Assembly (NCBI GenBank): GCA_047495785.1
Contig: JBLDXI010000066.1
Location: 248,001-312,000, forward strand
Direction: 5' to 3'
Length of the DNA stretch: 64,000 nt
Source: Lepidodermella squamata
Taxonomy: Eukaryota > Animalia > Gastrotricha
The position numbers and the translations under genes were made by a program. Position 1 is the stretch's first letter; every line of letters begins with the position of its first letter. Below, one piece after another: positions 59,879 through 64,000 of the stretch. Below the pieces are notes generated by a model. The model was not told where the DNA came from and searched no databases. It worked only from the letters and a program-made list of their open reading frames with translations.

Positions 59879-61002
59879 TGTAAGGATCTAGAACCTTCTA
59901 TGCTCTGGAACCTTCCATGTTCCAGATTATTCAATAGACATTTATAAGGACATTTTGCTTTCTGTTAGCTTCAGATCGTACAGTGCGTTTCAGAATTATA
60001 TGCCCGGTACTTCCTTGTTTGTGTTGTTTTTTAGCTGAATCCTGTTTGCCAAGGAACTCCTTCGGTCTCTGAAACTATTATGGAGCAACAACGAAAGCCG
60101 CGAATAGAGCTCTAGTTTATCAGCTCTGAAACAAAGGAACGATAATCTGGAAGTCGAGGGCCGTAAATCTTAAATCTTAGCGACATGTATTTCTCGCCGC
60201 ATTCTCAAATCAAATACGTCCTTGTTGATGCAATGCTCCTGGAACTCAATGACATTTTGTGATACGCTCAAATCGACGAACGAATTCGGTCCAGGAGGGC
60301 CCTGTGTGGAGAAAAACGAAAGTGCATCGTTGACTCTGGAGCATTGAAGCACACGGTTTCTGAACGACCTGCCCCGCACGACTTCATTGCCTACGATCTC
60401 AACGAGGGTGTTGCGGCGGCTTTTGCTCTTTTTCACCGTATATAACGAGTTTGCTAAAACAAAATTACTAGGTGATCGGAATAAGCAGTCGTCTGGTATG
60501 ACAATAGGGCGACATTTTTATGCGTGAAACAAGTCTCTAAAAACGTCGCCGCTGTTGGTTTGAAATGATGCAAGTTTCGGACTTCCACGCATCAAGTGCA
60601 TCGACGAAGTCTCATTTTTGGACCCGGGACCGAAATACGGACCCTAACTGGGAATTTGCGGAAAGGTGTAAAATGGGTTCCCCCGGCGCTACTGTAGCAG
60701 CTACGCTGCTGCTGTTGCCAATTCAATCCTTTCTGACAGCAACTGCCTTATAAACCATCGATTTTGCGTGTTATCTTTTTGAGTTTACCAAAGTTCGTAT
60801 CCCCCTCCCTTTGATATTTGACTGAGCTCACCGTATGGACCGATGGAACTGGTAGGGATGATCTCTATCAGCACTAGCGGTACTTCGCTCTCCGCTATAG
60901 GTAAATCGATGAGGGGTTCATCTGCACAGGAAATTAAACTCCATCACACTCAGCTAGTCGCAGTTACAAATTCATGCTTTCAAATGCAACGTTCGTATTC
61001 CT

Positions 61003-64000
61003 ATGCTAAATATTCACGTCCTGCCCATGTATTTTTATCTCGGGGTTAGCGTTTTGGTTGCGTGTACCAACGGCTTGGATGTTTCGGAAATGGAGCTACC
61101 TCGCTTGGACCAACTCATCGCCTTTTGGCCTATGGACGCATACTCGGGGCTCATTGGTTTCACGAGAACAAACGAAGAGTTGCAACCGCTGCCGACAAAA
61201 AACCCGCCCAAATTCCTGCTGAATAACGTGGTGAATACTGGATATTACGAAAGAACAAGGACTGCCTCTAGAATCGCAGGCTATACTATTCCCGAAATGC
61301 CAAATTCTTTCACAGTTTCGGTGCACACTGGTTGGAATTTAGGCACGATCGAATTCGATGGCATTTTCAAGCTTTTTGAAGCTGGCATTTCTTTGAGAAC
61401 AGGCGCTAACAGTTGGTACAATACAGGAAATATATCCGATGCAGATGATGGAACTAAAGTTGAAGGAGACGGTAATTTTGTAGCTTTCACGTATCGAAAG
61501 TCGTCCAACGCGGTTGTCTTCTACTGGATTCAAACAACTGATCAGATTTTGCATAGCAAACGCTACACTGTTTCGGCTAAATTATACAGCAGCGACACTA
61601 GCCAAGAATTCGTAATCGGGAACCCTGAAGACCCCCAGAATTTCAAAGTTTCATGTGTTGCTTTATACAAGGCTGCTTTAACTGCAAACGAAGTTAAATC
61701 CTTGTTCCTCAAACCGTGTCTCAACGCCGCGAGAGCAAACATGGGAACAATTGATGGAATGGATATGTCAAACATTCCTCGACGAGAGAATCTCATCGGA
61801 TTTTGGCCGCTGTCGTACGATTCGAAGCTAATAGGCTGGGACGGGGCCGGTAACCCTATTATACCTCGCCAGCCAAGCTCTTATAACGTAAAGCAGGTAC
61901 AATTTGAAGGCCCCTATGGACAGGGCAGCATTTCGTGGAATGACACAGACTGGAGTTCTGTAAACGGCGGACTGGTTGCCTACGACTTCCTGCCGAGGCC
62001 GCGTTCCGCCTTCACCCTTTCATTTTACATAAAATCGCCATGCAATGGGCGCGGACGAGGGGTCGTGACAATCATCGGTTTCATCGCAGTTGTTTGCAGA
62101 CACAATGCACGCGGTTATAGTGTTATATTCCGCCCAACAAATGACAACGATAAAAATCGCGGTCATTATATGGCTTATGAGCCCGATACTTGGTCGTTTT
62201 TTGCTATTACCTCGAACAAAAACAGTGCCAACTGCTCGTTTTACTCTCAATCGATACACTACGAGACTGAACTACATAAGGGTAAATTATTCAACTCGAC
62301 ACTACAGTGTGAAAAATAGTGGTATAATTACCCGGCTAAATAGCCTCCACTGTGCAAGGCATAGATATCACATTAACCAGAGAAGAAACTGATGCAGATA
62401 AAATTCTGTAAAAATTCATCTCACATTTTCTTCATTAAGGTGGAATTTTAATAATATTTGCCCTCTTCGAGCTTATGGGAAAAGGTACAATTTAGTCATC
62501 AGGTTTTTCTCGAATTCATGATGAAAAGGAATACTATAGAATTCCTCGTCTCGTGAACAACACACCGCAAAAAACCGCATGCTCAAATCAGCTTCCCTAT
62601 TTGTCAGGCTCTATCCCGAGAAAATTGCTAAATGGACCAACTTTTTATTAAAAGATTTATACATGGATTTTTCGTATTTCGGCAGGGCTCGATTGCATGT
62701 TGTTCAGTGAGTTACCGTCAAGTTCCCCAGGCGTGTCAATCGACTACGTTTCGATAGAAATGGGTGCTGGCATCGACTATGAATGGGTCAGCAAGGATTT
62801 CAAATCAGTTATTGAAGAGACAACGATGTATGGAGATCTAACAAGCCAGTACGCCTGTTTCTATTTCTACGACGCCGATTTGGGCCCCGATGAACTCTTT
62901 AGCCTCAGCAATGCTTGCCGTCGGGTCCCGCAGCAACCAATATTTTCAAATGGAAACTCGATCGCCGAGCTAATGGTTCCGTTCTTCGAGAGCGAGCGAT
63001 TCGACTACATCGACAACATGTCCTCTATACAGCGTAACTGCGGCCACTTCAACGTCTCGGTAAACGCGCCGCGGAACTATGAAAATCTATCGAATTACGA
63101 CGCCCCTCTGAAAATCAAAGTTGGTTTCGAGATAACAGGCTTGAATGAAATTGATACGGTTAGTGAAATCATAACTGTAAACGCACTGCTGCTGCTCTAC
63201 TGGCGAGTAAATACTTGCCCATGGCCGTGTTCACCCGCCATTTCAACTGGCAGAGAATTCGAGAACGTTTACATAGACAATCTCGATAATTTATGGCGTC
63301 CGAGAATTCGCTTTCTAAGCGCGGCTAATTCCAACGTTCAGATGAGGAACATGATAATCAATGACGATTACTTAATGATGATGTCTACTACATTTGGCTC
63401 AAAATTTAACAGAACTTTCGACTTTTACTGGCAAAAGGAAGGTTTGTTCGAGGCAAACTGTGAACTTTCGCTTCAGCTGTTCCCGTTCGACACTCAAATT
63501 TGCGATTTCGAATTCTCACTCGAAAAGAGCCTCAACATTGTTCAAGTGGATGATGAACATCTCATGTTCGATTTCAAGCCTTCTCACACAGGAGGCAGTT
63601 GGACTCTTGTTTCTACCGATAACTCGACCGGCCAGATTTTCTACAAGGGATATAATGTGTCAACATTCAAATTTACGGTGAGAGTAGCAAGGAACCCTAG
63701 GTATTACGTCAGAAACTTTGCGATTCCGTCATCGACCCTCGCCTCTCTGAATTTGTTTCTTTTTCTAATGCCACCTGACGCACCGGATCGAGCTGCCTTT
63801 TCAGTCACTGTCCTATTGACCATGACCGTTATGCAAAGTGCGATTTTGAATGAAGTTCCGAAGAAGCCTTATGAAACTCTTCTCGGCAAGCTGGTTCAAA
63901 GTTTAACATGGTTTTGTATTGCAGCGACTACTTACAATCTAGTGATTTTATGGTTGGCTGCATCTTTCTTTGATCCACTGGTGTATTCGAGGCCTCATCC
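61003..64000 (+). CDS. LamG-LamG-Cys-loop channel subunit Z (runs off the window end)
   Basis: Exon 61003-62281, phase-1 intron, then exon 62686 to beyond 64000. That exon is open throughout by my translation and is absent from the ORF track because it has no stop in the window. Cys-loop CELSLQLFPFDTQIC; M2 PDRAAFSVTVLLTMTV. Confidence 0.87.

Larger units (their letters stand above)
54935..60032 (+). mobile_element. Non-autonomous LTR retroelement: interrupted 5' LTR (54935 to about 55170, resuming about 58863-58951), internal region 58952-59878, truncated 3' LTR (59879-60032)
   Basis: Near-identical direct repeats start TGTCAGGATCT (54935) and TGTAAGGATCT (59879). Polypurine tract GAGGGAGGGTAG lies immediately before 59879. 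AATAAA at 58900 and inverted terminus TCCTTACA ending at 58951. No RT, integrase or protease motifs seen. Confidence 0.7.
54133..60723 (+). mobile_element. Long HINE/Helentron-like element (about 6.6 kb including nested insertions)
   Basis: 5' end AAATGCCGGGGGAACCCCCGTACTGTCGCCG...(TTTG)n at 54133-54210. Matching 3' end GGTTCCCCCGGCGCTACTGTAGCAGCTACGCTGCTGCTGTTGCCAATT at 60676-60723. Pairing of these two ends is inferred from orientation. Confidence 0.55.

Noticed and set aside
45817-64000. Bacterial contamination or recent horizontal transfer of the multi-domain channels
   Set aside because: A spliceosomal intron, a disulfide Cys-loop and interspersed eukaryotic transposons argue for a native animal locus.

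Overview
This is eukaryotic DNA with GT-AG introns, most plausibly from an invertebrate animal; the taxon cannot be fixed from the sequence alone. I assembled gene models by hand from the ORF track and splice sites, and checked reading-frame continuity across every intron. The window holds: (1) the 3' end of a CR1/Jockey-type LINE; (2) five secreted three-domain multicopper oxidases (laccase-like), four in tandem at 1-20 kb and a fifth at 40.5-44 kb with a different intron layout, where the third copy has lost three type-3 copper histidines but keeps an intact ORF; (3) four paralogous secreted proteins of about 220 aa, each with 18 invariant Cys, arranged as two head-to-head pairs; (4) a divergent class A GPCR with an apparent frameshift and an intronless GABA-B-like class C GPCR; (5) two tandem septin/AIG1-like P-loop GTPases, one fused to an RRM and one preceded by a VWA-like domain and abutting, or spliced to, a KH-KH-NYN (Regnase/KHNYN-type) RNase; (6) three Cys-loop ligand-gated channel subunits, each with two N-terminal LamG/pentraxin-like domains, plus two channel pseudogene fragments; (7) a nested stack of transposable elements at 54-60.7 kb. 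I found no rRNA, convincing tRNA or CRISPR array. The best candidates for new biology are the LamG-LamG-Cys-loop receptors, the T3-deficient laccase, the GTPase/RNA-module pair and the 18-Cys family.
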